A stretch of 64,000 nt of DNA from Sphyrna mokarran. Taxonomy: Eukaryota. Shown here piece by piece: positions 12,131 to 24,478 of this stretch; the stretch's first letter is position 1, and each line of letters opens with the position of its first letter. The notes beneath the pieces were generated by a model. That model was given only the letters and a program-made list of their open reading frames with translations. It did not search any database and was not told the DNA's origin. Location of the stretch: the NCBI GenBank assembly GCA_024679065.1, contig JAGIQG010000027.1, positions 4,526,001 to 4,590,000 on the forward strand. Direction: 5' to 3'. The position numbers and the translations under genes are program-made.

Positions 12131-12927
12131 TGGGAGGGTGGGGAGGGAAGAGGTATTGGTTGGGGGGGGGGTAGTGCTGCTGAGGCAGCAGGGTGGCAGG
12201 ATTAAAAACAGGAGCAGAAACGATATGGACAACAACATGTCTTGGGCCTAATCAGCCTGCCATCACCATGAGCCCTGTTTCTGCTCATCAGTAGCGCATC
12301 AGTCTGTCACCTCTGACAGGTTGGCCAGGGGCTTCTTTTCAAGTCAGCATCAATTCTCTTAATGCAACTAAAACGATTGATTGAGAGTCAGGATTTTCAG
12401 GCTTCAATTTCCTTGTATTCAGAAAGTCAACTCACTGCTTTCAGCCTTCAGAGGATTGTGTTAAACTCAAAATGCTCTTTCTAACAACAAAAATGTACTT
12501 TTGTAAAACCTCAGGTCTTCTGCAATAAATTGTTACAAATGTGATACAATGTAATCCACTCAGTGCATCAGAGAATCATTCTCCAAAGTGTCACTCATGA
12601 AGCTCTTGATTTTCCAATCAGCATTTTTTTCAAATTTTTTTAATGAGATTCACACCAGGCTTAAAGTCACATTAATCATAAAAATCAAATCAAAGTATTT
12701 CAATGAATTGTTAGAAACTTTTGAGATGGTTATTATTACTGTTTTTAGAATTTGGAAATGTTGCTTTTCTCTGCATTTCAGCCTCTCCCTCTGTTTTGAA
12801 TCTGAATCTCATCCCTTTTTCATTGACAGGGAATGATCTTGTCAATGGCTTCTCCTAGTCCACCCTGCAAGCTTGAGTTAAAATTCAAAGGCCTCCGGCC
12901 TTTCAGTGAGCTGATTGTCCACATGCA

Positions 12928-13332
12928 TGATATAGAGATGATGGTGTTGGACTGAGGTAAACACTGTAGGAAATCTCACAACACCAGAGTAGAGTCCAAC
13001 CAGTTTATTTGATGGTAATCTCACAAGCTTTCGGAAACAGTATTCCTTCGTCAGATGCGTGGAAGGTTCTGATCAGAGAAGGGCATATAAAATCACACAC
13101 AGCTTACAGAATACTGATTAGAATGCAAGTCTTTACAGCTAACCTGCTATTCAAGCTGTAAAGACTTGCATTCTAATCAGTATTCTGTAAACTGTGTGTG
13201 ACTTTATATGCCCTTCTCTGATCAGAACTTTCCACACACCTGACAACAGAACACCATTTCCGAAAGCTTGTGAGATTACTATCAAATAAACTGGTTGGAC
13301 TCTACCCTGGTGTTGTGAGACTTCTTACTGTT
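12928..13332 (-). mobile_element. Penelope-like fold-back insertion (family A), ~180-bp arms
   Basis: TSD tccacatgca at 12918-12927 and 13333-13342; arms ~12959-13140 and 13154-13332; 13-nt spacer. Confidence 0.9.
13022..13057 (-). ncRNA. Minimal hammerhead ribozyme motif, intact core
   Basis: Minus strand reads cat CTGACGA a GGAA tactgt TTCC GAAA GC TT gtg; the plus-strand mirror at 13240-13272 has a mutated core (CTGACAA). Confidence 0.75.
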
Positions 13333-13639
13333 TCCACATGCAAGCAGGATATTTGGCCCAATTAGTCTATTCTGCCATTTACTTCCTTATTGACAAAAAG
13401 CCCTGATCACATTTACACATCATTTTCCTCTGCCTAGTTTGTACTTGTGTGGTCTTTTAGAGGAATCACACAATGTCAGCTGAGACATGGCCACGTGTAG
13501 CTTTGGATTGACACAGGTAATTTTGTTGCTGGTATTTTCATTTTTCCAAGGGTATTTATAGAGTGTTATTATGTTATTATGTTGTATTATGTTGTAGATA
13601 AATCCCAGTTTAATCTATTGATCCTTTCCAGAACGTCCC

Positions 13640-14330
13640 TAAATCTTATTTTCCATCTTCCATCTATCCAAACTAATCTTGCATGTTAATGGAAGCGAAT
13701 TCCATTGAATCACTGTTGTCTGTCATCCTTTCCATGTAAATCTATTGCCCCTTGTTTTGGACCTCACAGCTCCTGGGAGCAACTCCTTTCTAGCTTGCCA
13801 TATACTTTTATTATTTTAGATACTACTTTCTGAATTATTATAAGAAAAAGCCCATATTCTCCAAGACTTTTGCTGTTTTCTTTTATTTTACAAGGCAACA
13901 TTCTAGCAAAACAATGTTGTACCCTTGGTAAAATCTCTATCCTTCCATAATGCAAAAGCCCGTTGTTGCAGTGTTCCATCTGAGATTTTATATAGGGTCA
14001 ATATTACTTCCTGTTTTCATATGCCGTACTTGTGTTAGAACCTAATATGGAATTAGCTTTTTATTCACAGTCTTTAATATCCTGTGGATCTCTGTTTCCG
14101 ACCCTCCACACTCCACCGCCCCACTCCAACCGCTCTCTCCCACCCCTTCACATACACACATACACGCACTCTCCCCGCTCTGTTCCAGTGCTGAACCCAT
14201 CTTCAATCACTGATTCATTACTGTTAGAGTTTTTTAAACCATAGTGCATCATCTTACACTGAGTTCCATCTGCCACATTTTATCCCATTTGACTCTCTCA
14301 TCAATTCTGCATTGATAATTTGGATTGTAC
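13640..14330 (-). mobile_element. Ancient, heavily decayed CR1 fragment
   Basis: tgtacccttggtaaaatctctatcctt, aaaccatagtgcatcatcttacact..gagttccatctgccaca resemble reverse-strand CR1 RT C-terminal sequence. Confidence 0.45.
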
Positions 14331-14394
14331 ACACTCCCTTTGTAACAGGGATTTCACTGTCTAGTGGAATATTGAGCATCCAAATTAAGAGTAG

Positions 14395-14630
14395 GCCATA
14401 CAAGCTCCTTGTTTCGTCCCTGTTTTATGCTGAGTTGGATCATTTTAATTGTTGTCAGTGCTGTGTCTCAGGGAGAATTCTCATCTGAGACCCACAAGGG
14501 AAGCATGTTTGAATGTAAAAACAAGGTAGCGTTTTGATCAGGTTTGAGTGTGCTGTTTGCTTCTATAGTTTAGTCCTATCAATGCTCACCACCCAGGCTT
14601 AGATACAGAGAATAGGACCAAATTTTAACC
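14395..14630 (+). mobile_element. Ancient SINE 'family C' (possibly Nin/MER131-like; name unverified)
   Basis: ccctgttttatgctgagttggatc...gaataggcca-like motifs recur at 17025, 48190 and 50290, and reversed at 8150, 23340, 35280, 42700 and 43820. Confidence 0.45.
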
Positions 14631-15761
14631 CATTCATGGTGCACTATGTCCACTGGGGTAAATGTGCATCAATGGAATTACACAACAAGGAAAGTCTCAG
14701 TACCATCAGCAGAGGAGAAAGAATCTTACGTTCACTGTGTTCACCATCACACAGACACACAGAATGTAGAGCTATTGTGAGGAATTGCAGCAGATCACAT
14801 CTGCAGCTGCTATTAGGTTTTGCAGTTGTTGTTTCATTAACAAACTCTGCATTTAACCTGAGGACCAGGCAGCGATATTTTCTTTTATAAAAAAAATTCT
14901 CTCCCATGCAAGTGCTGTGATTTCTTTCTCATTCAGTCTTTAGGGTTCATGAACTCCTTCCAGCTAGATATACAATGGGGCTTGCTCTTGAGACGTGGCT
15001 TTAGAGAAGGAACTGAAATGGGTTCCCCATCATCAATAACCTGAGCTCTGACAGTGCTGAAGGCATCACAAAGTGGGCCCTGCCTTGGACCTGTCACTCG
15101 GATTCAGCGACAATGCTCTTGCTTGCAGGACCCCAGTGAGTGTTGTACTCTGAGGGTGTGTGGGGAGGCAGGGAAAGGGATGCTAGTCGGGGTAAAGAAT
15201 GAAGAAGAGAAAAGAAAAAAATGCACAGTTTTCTTCCAATATTTGGTGATGTGCAGCTGCCTCTTAAATAAATGAACTCACAGCTTTACCTTCAGGCAAT
15301 GTGCCTCTCAACTAATAATAAAGTGTGATCAGTTTGTGTTGACAGCAGTGGCTGTCTGGAGCTGATATGGGGAACTGGAAAGGTGGATAATAACAAACTT
15401 TGTTTAGATTTTACAAAGTGCCTCTTGGATAATGCAGAGCTAACGCATTCCAATTAGCATTTTGGAATCATGCTTCTCTCACTGATTCCTCTCAATTATA
15501 CACTTTTATTTGGTATCTGTTCTTGAAATATGCTAAGCAAGGATACTAAATCAATCAGGATTTCATATGTAGAAACTCAGGTGCCTCTTGAGTTGGAAGG
15601 TTCTGTTCTCAAGTCACATTTTAGGAAGCAATTGCAACCGGTTTATATACGGGCTGGTGGTCATTGGAGATGTACATTGGGAGAGATATGGAAAGTCTAT
15701 ACACTTAATCTAGATTTGCACTCCAATGCAGCACAGATTGAATGTGACATTGCCAAGATCC

Positions 15762-16676
15762 AGGGCGCATTTTCCCAAAAGATTTCTAACTGTTATTCCC
15801 AGCAGAAAAAGTGCTGAGAATCCCACTGCGAGTGTCAGTATGATTCATTCTGCAATTCAACCTTACTTAGAAATGTTTTTGGAGCCTGGGGAGATTCTCA
15901 GTGGCTCCTCCCATACAGGATTTTGATTGAATTCTCCCACACTTAGGGACCAGAATTCTCTGGCCATTCACACTAGTGAGATTCTCTGGTCCTGCTGCTG
16001 GCACAACCTGGCAGTGTGGGAACTTCCATTGATAGCAGTGGGATCAGAAAATCTCATCACCAGTGATCGATATGTGCTGTCAATAGCGTAACGCTGTGGA
16101 AAGGCCAGAAAATCTCACCCAAAATTCTCTTTAGAGCAGGGACCTAAAAATGCCAGTGAGGTAATTTTTAAAGGGCCAAAAGAGAAAATGCCAGTGCTGG
16201 ACACTACCCAGCCATTTTGCCAGCTACCTGGGGGCTTCAATGATCTCAAAGCCTCCCTGGTGTGGCATCACGACTACTTTCTGTTTTTGGAAACCAATAG
16301 CGATTGGCGAGAGGATTCCACTGCCCCCAGGGTTGGAGAATCCCAGATTCCTGCTTCAAACTGATACAGCAGCTGGAATTCTCCAGTCTCTCATACCCCA
16401 TCGCCACTGCCAGCAAGAATGGCGAATATGACACAGCCAAACCTCCATCCACAGCAGCAGAACTGGGGAATCCCAGCTGCCGGCAAGGTCAGAGAATTCC
16501 GGCTGACACATTTATTTGAGATTTAAATATGCTAATCTGGTTCATGCCCTTGCTAGATGGACATCAGATTATGTTGGGGTGGTTGGGAGGAGAATCCCAA
16601 AGGGAATTCTCACTGCCCTGTGCAGCCCCGTGTGATCTGCGTATGAGGGAATGGAGAGGGCGGAGAATCATCCCCA
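15762..16676. mobile_element. GGG-terminal (PIF/Harbinger-like) non-autonomous DNA element, with a nested short MITE at ~15947-16120
   Basis: Ends agggcgcattttccc...ggagaatcatcccc; internal gagaatccc/gggattctc motifs; related to 45168-46540. Confidence 0.65.
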
Positions 16677-16679
16677 CCA

Positions 16680-16980
16680 TTTTTCGTTGATGTTAAATTG
16701 AGTTCTACTTCTCTGTTCCTGTGAATCAAGTTGATATTAGAGATTAGGTAGCATTATTCAAAGAAGAACATAGAACTGTGGTTCTCTGCTCAACAATCTA
16801 TCAATAACACCATAAACAGATTAACTAGTTGCTCGTCTTATTGCTATTCATGGCAATTGGCTGCACACAACGGCTACCACATTTAACCAGATAAAAGTAA
16901 TCACCATCCCTCAAAGTAACTCATTGTGAAGTGTCTTTAGATGCTTTTGAGAAACGTGTTCTGTCATTACATAAATTTCT
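16680..16980 (+). mobile_element. Deu-domain SINE remnant
   Basis: gatgttaaatt...ttcaaagaagaaca...aacagattaactagtt..attgctattcatgg. Confidence 0.5.
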
Positions 16981-17024
16981 AAAGTCTCTCCATTCTGATT
17001 TGTCCCTAGCCAAGTTCTACCCAG

Positions 17025-17175
17025 CCTGTGCTAAGTTCAGTTGATCTCAGACAGATTTGTAGGAGACACTGTGAAGGTTTTTGGTATCCCTGATCTAAGG
17101 TGGAAATTTTTTTGAACTTCAGTGTTCCTGCTTCCAATCACTGCACAGTGACCCCCTACTGGATTAGGATTGTGT
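17025..17175 (+). mobile_element. SINE family C fragment
   Basis: cctgtgctaagttcagttgatctcag...ttcctgcttccaatcactgcacagtgaccccctactgg. Confidence 0.55.
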
Positions 17176-18194
17176 TCAGCTGCCACGTCTCAAAAACCCA
17201 TAAACTGGAGGTGAGAAGCAGTTTCCCTTGAAGCAGGTCCATCCAAGAATGAGAAAGGAAAGGTGTGTGGAGGCTGAGTTCATGCCACATGTGACTGAGT
17301 TCATGCTCCTAAGAAATAATGCCAAGCAATTGGCACATCCAGCAGTTTGAGCAGGTGAGCTCTGCAATTTAAACGGAGGGACATTACTAATAAATCAATG
17401 GAATGCCCCTCATACTCCAAAATCCCAGTCAGGGAGAGAGACTGTCTGGATGAGAGGGCTGCTGTGAATATTCAGGACAAGTTGGGTGCAAGGTTTCTCT
17501 GTGTTGCCTGGAGGAGTATATGCTTTGATTAACTAGGAAGCTTAAAAAGAAACAAATGTAACAACTTATCTTGCTGGGCCTCTTTTGATCCCTGTTTGTC
17601 TGGCTCCTGTTCCTGAAAGATTTGACTTGACGGGAAACCAACACCACTCCCCTTGGCCCGGTCTAAGGTTAAAATAGCAGATCAACCACAACAACATGAT
17701 CAGAGATCGATCTGTGTGTGTAAAGAGAGCCCCCTCCCCCTCCAGCTTGAGTCCAGATCCTTGCTACCAAATATTTAAAATAGCGATTGGCCAAATTGGT
17801 ACCAGCTATTTATTTTATTCCATTTTAATTTGGTTCAGCTGAACAAGGGAATACAACTCAACCCCAGGTAGTGACTTATTGACTCCATCCCACAGAGTTA
17901 GTTACTTGTTGACTCCATTCCATATAAATTGCTATTTGAAATTTCTCAACAGTCCATCAAAGATATGTATAGAATTCCTCAAATGCAGCCAGAAATTAAG
18001 GGTGGAATTTTACAGACCTCTGGTTGCTGGGATATTCTGGTCTTGCCAGTGTTAATGGATATTTGGACAGTTGGCCACAGCATCTGGCCCCAGCTCTACC
18101 ACAATGAGGATGTAAAATTCTACCCTGCATAATGATCAAAGAACTATAGCTTTGGTGTTACTCCACTGCCGTGGAATTTGCCTCCATTTTATGT

Positions 18195-18660
18195 AAGGTT
18201 CAATGGTAGCTATCAGAAACTCAGTCCCAATGTAGAAACTTAGACACAAAATCTAGGCTGAACTCTAAGTGCAATAATTAGGAAGTGCTGCACTGTCAGA
18301 GATATAGAATGGAAGCCATAGATTCCTGACAGTTTGGAAGGAGGCCATCGCATCCAGAGCAACTCTCCTGAAAGAGCATCCCACCCTGCATTCCCGTTCC
18401 ATCTCTGCAACCTCTGTCCCATTGCTGCAACACCCTGCTGCCCTCTCAAGGTGACATAAAGATTCCACGGGACCAGTTGATAGAAGAGCAGGATATCAGC
18501 ATATCCAGCATTGAGCTGTACCTGGACCTTAGCCCATATTTATCCCTCAACAAATGTTACTGAACAATTGATGTTCTGGTCATCTGATGTGCTGGGAGTC
18601 TGCTGTGTGCAGATTGGCTGCCAGGCCAGCAATAGTACTGCATCAAGTAATTAATTGCCT
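18195..18660 (+). mobile_element. Deu-domain SINE interrupted by a reverse CR1-type tail (~18302-18430)
   Basis: gaagtgctgcactgtcagag|...|ctgccctctcaaggtgacataaagattccacggg..gaagagcagg..atatttatccctcaac. Confidence 0.7.
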
Positions 18661-19304
18661 GTACGGAGCTCCTCCAGCCCTACAAACATTCAAGAACTCT
18701 CTGACTTCCATTGTTCCATCATTAGTTGCTGTGTCTAGATCTTCCTTCACCTTTCTGTCTCTCTTTCCACCATTAAAATACTGGAAACCTACTTCTTCAT
18801 CCTCACTTCTGATCATCTACCCTACTAATTTCTTCTGTGTCTTAGTATCAAATTTTGTTTTAATAATTCACCTGCTTTCTTCCTGCCAGGTTTAAGGTAC
18901 AAAATAAATGAAAGTTGATGTTGCTGTTATTTGAGATGCCGAATTCAACTTGAACAACTGAGAGAGAGCACAAGAAATGGAAATGTCTTCGAGAAGAGCA
19001 GTAAATTGAATTTACGTGACTTGTATGTTTAGGAGACAACCAAAGCTGGTTTACGCTGGAGGTCGCTAGAACTACACTATTGAGGCTGTGTGCAATCGTG
19101 GTTCAGTCCTAACGTGCCATAACTGCAGGCCATACTGTCTACACACTGTACCAGCTGCAATGCAGAAAGTGTATTACCTCATTTTGTTAATCAGTATATC
19201 TGGCATTGAGCTGTATCCAGGCGTGCACACCTGGAGTTTTTTTTAAACACAAAGCATTACCTGCAGCTATGTGGGGAAGATAAAATTCAGTTAACCCTTC
19301 AAAG

Positions 19305-19660
19305 AAAGAGTTTGCATTTCGAAAGCACCTTTCACAAGCTGAGTCTTAACAAACCACTTCACAGCCAATGAACAAATTCCTTCTGAAGTATTGTCACTGT
19401 TGCAATGCAGCCAATTTCCAAATTGCACGTTCTCACAAAGAGCAATGAGACAATGAAAAGATAATTCATTTTTTTCTTGATGCCATTTGAGGAATAAATA
19501 TTGGCCAGGAATCAGGGAGAATTTCTCTACTCTTCTTCACATAGTACATTGGGACCTGTAACTTCCACCAGAGAGACAGGGCCTCTGTTTGATGTTCCAT
19601 CCAAAAATCATAGCTCCAAAATGCAACACTCCCCCTCACACCTGGGATGTCAGCTTAGAT
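19305..19660 (-). mobile_element. Deu-domain SINE
   Basis: tttgcatttcgaaagcacctttcaca...tgaggaataaatattggccagga. Confidence 0.75.
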
Positions 19661-19811
19661 TATAATAAGCACTTACGGCATAAATTCATTGTCGACAAAG
19701 GAGTTGAACTAGGAGGAGGACTCTGCTTTGCCAAGGTCACAAAGGCAAATTAACAAGTACACACAAAAGGAGGGCACCATTTCTGAAAAATGGATCAATA
19801 AAACCAAGGAC

Positions 19812-20190
19812 AAAGAATTACATATCCATAGCACCTTTCATGAACTGAAGACCTCCCAAAGCATTTTAAGGTACATTAAATACTTTTGAAGCGTAGGCAC
19901 TGTCTAATGCAGGAAACACGATAACTAATTTGTGCACAGCAAGATCCCACAAACAGCAATTAATTAATGAGCGGATCATCTGTTTTAGTAATGGTAGTTG
20001 AGAGATAAACATTGGTCAGGACACTAGGGAAAACTGCCAGCACTTCTTTGAAGAGTGTCAGGAGATTGTTTACATCCCCTGATAGTGCAGTACTCCTTCA
20101 GTGTTGCACTGGAAGTGTCAGTCTAGATAATGTGTACAAATCCTGTGATATAAATCCCTACTTCTCTGACTCAATCAAGAATACTAGCCC
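19812..20190 (-). mobile_element. Deu-domain SINE
   Basis: atagcacctttcatga...aatttgtgcacagcaagatcccacaaacagcaat...gtgcagtactccttcagtgttgcactgg. Confidence 0.8.
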
Positions 20191-20828
20191 ACCCTGCCAA
20201 GGCAGAAAAATGAGATGGAAGGACTTTTGAGAAAACAGAACTTCTGCACAGCCTTTACATTCATTCAGCAGGATAACTTATCTAAGAGTACATTCTGCTC
20301 ATGTACTGTCTCATTCTCCTTTCCCCCAGTGTCTTATGCTCTTCCTTCACAATCATGGCTGATAAAACAATGTTGATTGGCAATTCCATAACTGGGTCTG
20401 AGAAGATGTCATTTTGGGTGAAGATAAAAAACACTCCAAGGGTCTCAGTTCTATAATCAGTAACAGGCAGTTAAGAGCAAAGCAAAACAGAATTACACCA
20501 GAACTGTTTCTCAATTTTAATAACTTGAAAAGTTAAATGAATTGAAAAACAGACTTGCATTTTTATAGCAATTTTCATGACCATTGGATAACTCAAACTG
20601 ATTTACCACCAATTAAGTGCTTTAGAAAATTAGTCATTGTTGTAATCTAAGAGACTTTAATTTTGCCTGTCTCATCAGAACATTGGCATCCATTTGAAGT
20701 TAAAGCAAGGAGAAATAACTTGTTTTATTTAGCACCTTTTACAACTTCAGAATGAGGGCAGGTTTAATCTGTACTGCAAAACATGTATTGTGGGTAAGGA
20801 ATCACTGAGTAACAGATGCAGAATTGTA

Positions 20829-22042
20829 GACTGAAATTCTCCCCTCCTATCCATTGCATGTTTGGTAGTGGGCAGAAGCAGAAAATCTAGCAGGAGTCAA
20901 ACAGTCAGAAGCCTGCCAACATCATGTTGTAATTTTCCCAATGGCGAGTCAGTGTTCCTGAAGGTCGATGGCATGGACGCCATTTGCATTCATTGGTATC
21001 TCATGAATCTCATTAAAATAGCTGGCCACCAGCATTCCGTTAGGCCCTCCAATCCTGCATCTTGTCAGCATGATATTACATTGCTCTAAAACCCGATTAT
21101 TAAGAATGGAGTGCACATAGTGGTTCTCAGTTTGCAAGTGGTGAGTGCAACAAAGCCTTTCTGCCCCTGTGCCACACTGCTCCTGATGCCCTGTTCGCCA
21201 CTCTGCCAGGGCAGACCAATTCTTAATTGCTCTGGAGAAGATGGTAGAGAGCTGCTTTCTTGAGGAGCTGCAGTTCTTGAGATGTAGGAACAACCACAGT
21301 CCTGTCATGGAGGGATTTCTAGGATTTTGACCCAGTAACAGTGAAGCAATCGCGATGTATTTTCAGGTCAGGATGGTGTATGACTTGGAGGGGAACCTCC
21401 ACGTGATGACATTCTCATGTGTCTACTGTTCTTGTTCTTCTAGATGGTACTGGTCATAGTTTCGAAAGGAGCTGCCAAAGGAACCTTGGTGAGTTCCTGC
21501 TGTGCATTTTGAAGATGTGGCTGAAGAAGATAAACAATTGAAGGCTGAGGGAAGTCTGAAGGGAGGGAAGTTGGATCCTGATAATGCTGCATGAAAAGAT
21601 TCCAATCGGGGAGAAGGGGGGGGCATCAAAAGGATACCATATTATTTAATGGAAGGAGATAGATGAAGATTCCAGAGGCAGTGGATAGAGGTCCACTTGG
21701 GGCTGATGGGCTCAGTGGGGGAAAAGGTAGTTGAATTGAAGAACAAGTCGTTTCTTGAGCTGTTTCTCTCTAGGTGGCTGACATTCTGCACAGCCTGGTG
21801 AAGATAGCTGGGCTGGAGATAGTGATGTGGGTGTGCTGGACTGGTGTTTAGATATGACCTTCCAACCCACCAACTGATGTTTGGTGGACAAAGCAGTTGG
21901 CAGCCTGCCAGGGGATTTGGAGGGGAACTTGCCTGGGCAAAATTAATGAGGTTTTAGGTACAGAATTTGGTGCGGAATCATTCTGGCCAGCAGGAAAGGC
22001 ACTGCCAGAGCTCCCGCTACTGCATAAATGGAGAATTCTGCC
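20829..22042. mobile_element. Harbinger-like MITE remnant containing a reverse CR1-group LINE fragment (21240-21510)
   Basis: Ends agactgaaattctccc...ggagaattctgcct; internal segment matches the 850-1130 LINE. Confidence 0.5.
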
Positions 22043-22787
22043 TGTGGTGTTTGTGAAACACAAAAAGGCAGAAGGAGAAGTATTTTGGAACATGTTTTAG
22101 TCCTGTGAGTTCTGTTACTAACTCTCAGCGAGCAGACTGGCTTCCCCACATGGCTTCCAGTCATAAAAAAAAACTTGGCAGGCCCAACTATTTCAATTAC
22201 ATCAATAACATTGCCGCCAGCATCTGGATTGCAATCTTCTTTTAAATCATCCTGACATAATGTGATCGTAAATTGGAATGGAATTTTCCCTCAGTATCTC
22301 TGGTACCTTTCACCAAGTTAATTTGCTGATACCTCACAGTACCTGGATGGTAAGAATTGTTTCAGAATTACAAGGCTGACAACATAATTGTTGTTCCTCA
22401 CTCACTCTTAATGATCTTGTGGTTTTAAGACTCAAGAAATGTATCATCAGTCAAGTACTTTCTAATAACAGCTCAGAGAAAACCACTTTTCTAATCTGTC
22501 ACTTTGCATGTCATATTTGTGCAGTGTTATCAATCATTTCGCTGATGTCAGAGTTGGCTAAATACTCATTCACCTGGAATCCAAATGTGGAGGTTGTGCT
22601 CGATTTTTAATTTGTTTCTTCATATTCGTAAGTCTCAGGCAGTCAAAAATAAGAAGAGAATTGTGGCCCAGAATGAACTCAGCACTTTCAGCCTGTCTGG
22701 AGCATATAGTAGTTCATTTCACTTTTTAGCACAGCATCCGCGCCAATAATTATACCTCAACTAAGAACACAAAAATAAATTAATGTG

Positions 22788-22905
22788 AAAGCAAGATAAT
22801 GCAGAAGCTGCATATCCAAAATAAAAATAAAAAGTGCTGGAAAAGCTCAGCAGGATGTGTGCTTAAAGAAACAGTCAACATGTTGAGTCAAAGATGTCTC
22901 TTCAG
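22788..22905 (-). mobile_element. PLE-derived family B arm
   Basis: aaagcaagataatgcagaagctg..aaataaaaataaaaagtgctggaaaagctcagcagg...tctcttcag. Confidence 0.65.
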
Positions 22906-22909
22906 ACCA

Positions 22910-23075
22910 AAAACTGATTGATGATTATTACTTGGCTGCTTGTAGGAGCTTGCTGTGAGCAAATTGGTTTCCATGTTTCCTACATTACAAAGGTGAACAC
23001 ACTTCAATGAAAAATGTTCTTTAATGTGCTTCAGGATATCCTGAGCTTGTGAGGGGTGCTATAGAAATGCAAGTG
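22910..23075 (+). mobile_element. Deu-domain SINE, 3' part
   Basis: ggagcttgctgtgagcaaattgg..tttcctacattacaa..gtgctatagaaatgcaagt. Confidence 0.75.
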
Positions 23076-23587
23076 CTCCATTGGCAAGTGTTTGTTTAAT
23101 TTTATGATATGGCAGAATGTAGCTTTGTTTAAACAGCTGGCTCTAAAAGGTTCTCCCAGCAGTAGCTAATCTCTGACACAAAGTTCTATCAGAAAACAGG
23201 CAGAAGTGTGCATTTGAAACTTGATCATCATTTAGTAAATAATTCCCTTAAAGATAAAAGTGATTAGCATTTTTTTCATATACTTCAGCTTTCTGCTAAA
23301 CTTTCTGTCCTCCTCTTTTCAAAGTACTTACTTCTGTGAGCATGTTCAGTGACATGTAACCAGGCTCCAGTGCCTCACCCATCTGACTGTTTATCGTTGT
23401 GATGCTGAAAGGCATTTAGACATTACTGCTGAACCCAATCCTGTCTCAGGCTGATCCACACATCCGAACCTATGAAACAAGGAGCAGGAGTAGATGGCAT
23501 GGTGGCGCAGTGGTTAGCACTGCTGCTTCACTGTGCCTCACTGCTGCCTCACTGCATCGAGGGGGTGGGGGCGGGGGCGCGAGAGGA

Positions 23588-23940
23588 GCAATGACCTAGT
23601 GGTATTATTGCTGGACTGTTAATCCAGGAACTCAGCTAATGTTCTGGGGACCCAGTTTGAATCCTGCCAGGGCAGATGGTGAAATTTGAATTCAATTAAA
23701 AAAATTATCCAAATTAAGAATCTACTGATGACCCTGAAGCCATTGTCGATTGTCAGAAAAACCCATCTGATTCACTAATGCCCTATAGGGAAAAAAATCT
23801 ACTGTCCTTACCTGGTTTGGTGACGTGTGACTCCAGAGCCACAACAATGTGGTGGATTCTCACTACCCTCAGGCAACTAGGGATGGACAATAAATGCTGG
23901 CCAGCCAGTGACACCCATATCCCACGAATGAGTAGAAAAA
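23588..23940 (+). mobile_element. SINE family D, full length
   Basis: tagtggtattattgctggac..gtttgaatcc (A/B boxes); tail ggacaataaatgctggccagccagtgacacccatatccc. Confidence 0.85.
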
Positions 23941-24102
23941 AGAACCTAGGTTCAATTCTGGCCTTGGTTGACTGCCTATATGGAGTTTGCATGTTGTCCC
24001 CATGTCTGTGTGGGTTTCCTCCAGGTACTCCGGTTTCCTCAAAGGATTACATTTGACCATGCTAAATTACCCTTAGTGTCAGGGGCATTAGCAGAATAGA
24101 TA

Positions 24103-24478
24103 TTTGATTTGATTTGATTTATTATTGTCTCATGTATTGATATATAGTGAAAAGTATTGTTTCTTGCGCACTATGCAGACAAAGCATACCATTCATAGAG
24201 AAGGAAAAGAGAGAGGAGAGTGCAGAATGTAGTGTTACAGTCAAAGCTAGGGTATAGAGAAAGGTCAACTTCATGCAAAATAGGTCCATTCAAAAATCTT
24301 TTGGCAACAGGGAAGAAGCTTTTCTTGAATCGGTTGATATGAGATCTCAATTTTGTATCTCTTTCCTGACAGAAGAAGGTGGAAGAGAGTGTGTGGGGTT
24401 TTTGATTATGCTAGCTGCTTTTCCAAGGCAGCACGAAGCGTAGATAGTGTCAATGGATAGAAGGCTGGTTTGAATGAT
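24103..24478 (-). mobile_element. Rex1/Babar LINE 3' end
   Basis: Minus-strand translation remnants LLSGKRYK..INRFKKSFFPVA; tail (atcaa)n. Confidence 0.7.

Noticed and set aside
12959-13332. Long hairpin as a miRNA precursor or DNA-transposon TIRs
   Set aside because: Variable 10-12 bp TSDs, an asymmetric tail and the hammerhead core fit Penelope-like retro-insertion better.
13563-13597. (tgttatta)n-like tandem, and similar short stutters at 47105 and 49145
   Set aside because: Ordinary slippage repeats.
14465-14491. Imperfect 27-bp palindrome centred on gagaattctc
   Set aside because: Single short instance inside a decayed SINE, with no supporting context.
23495-23560. tRNA-like sequences here and at 5636, 33385, 50548 and 55840
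   Set aside because: They are SINE heads continuous with SINE bodies; no complete cloverleaf.
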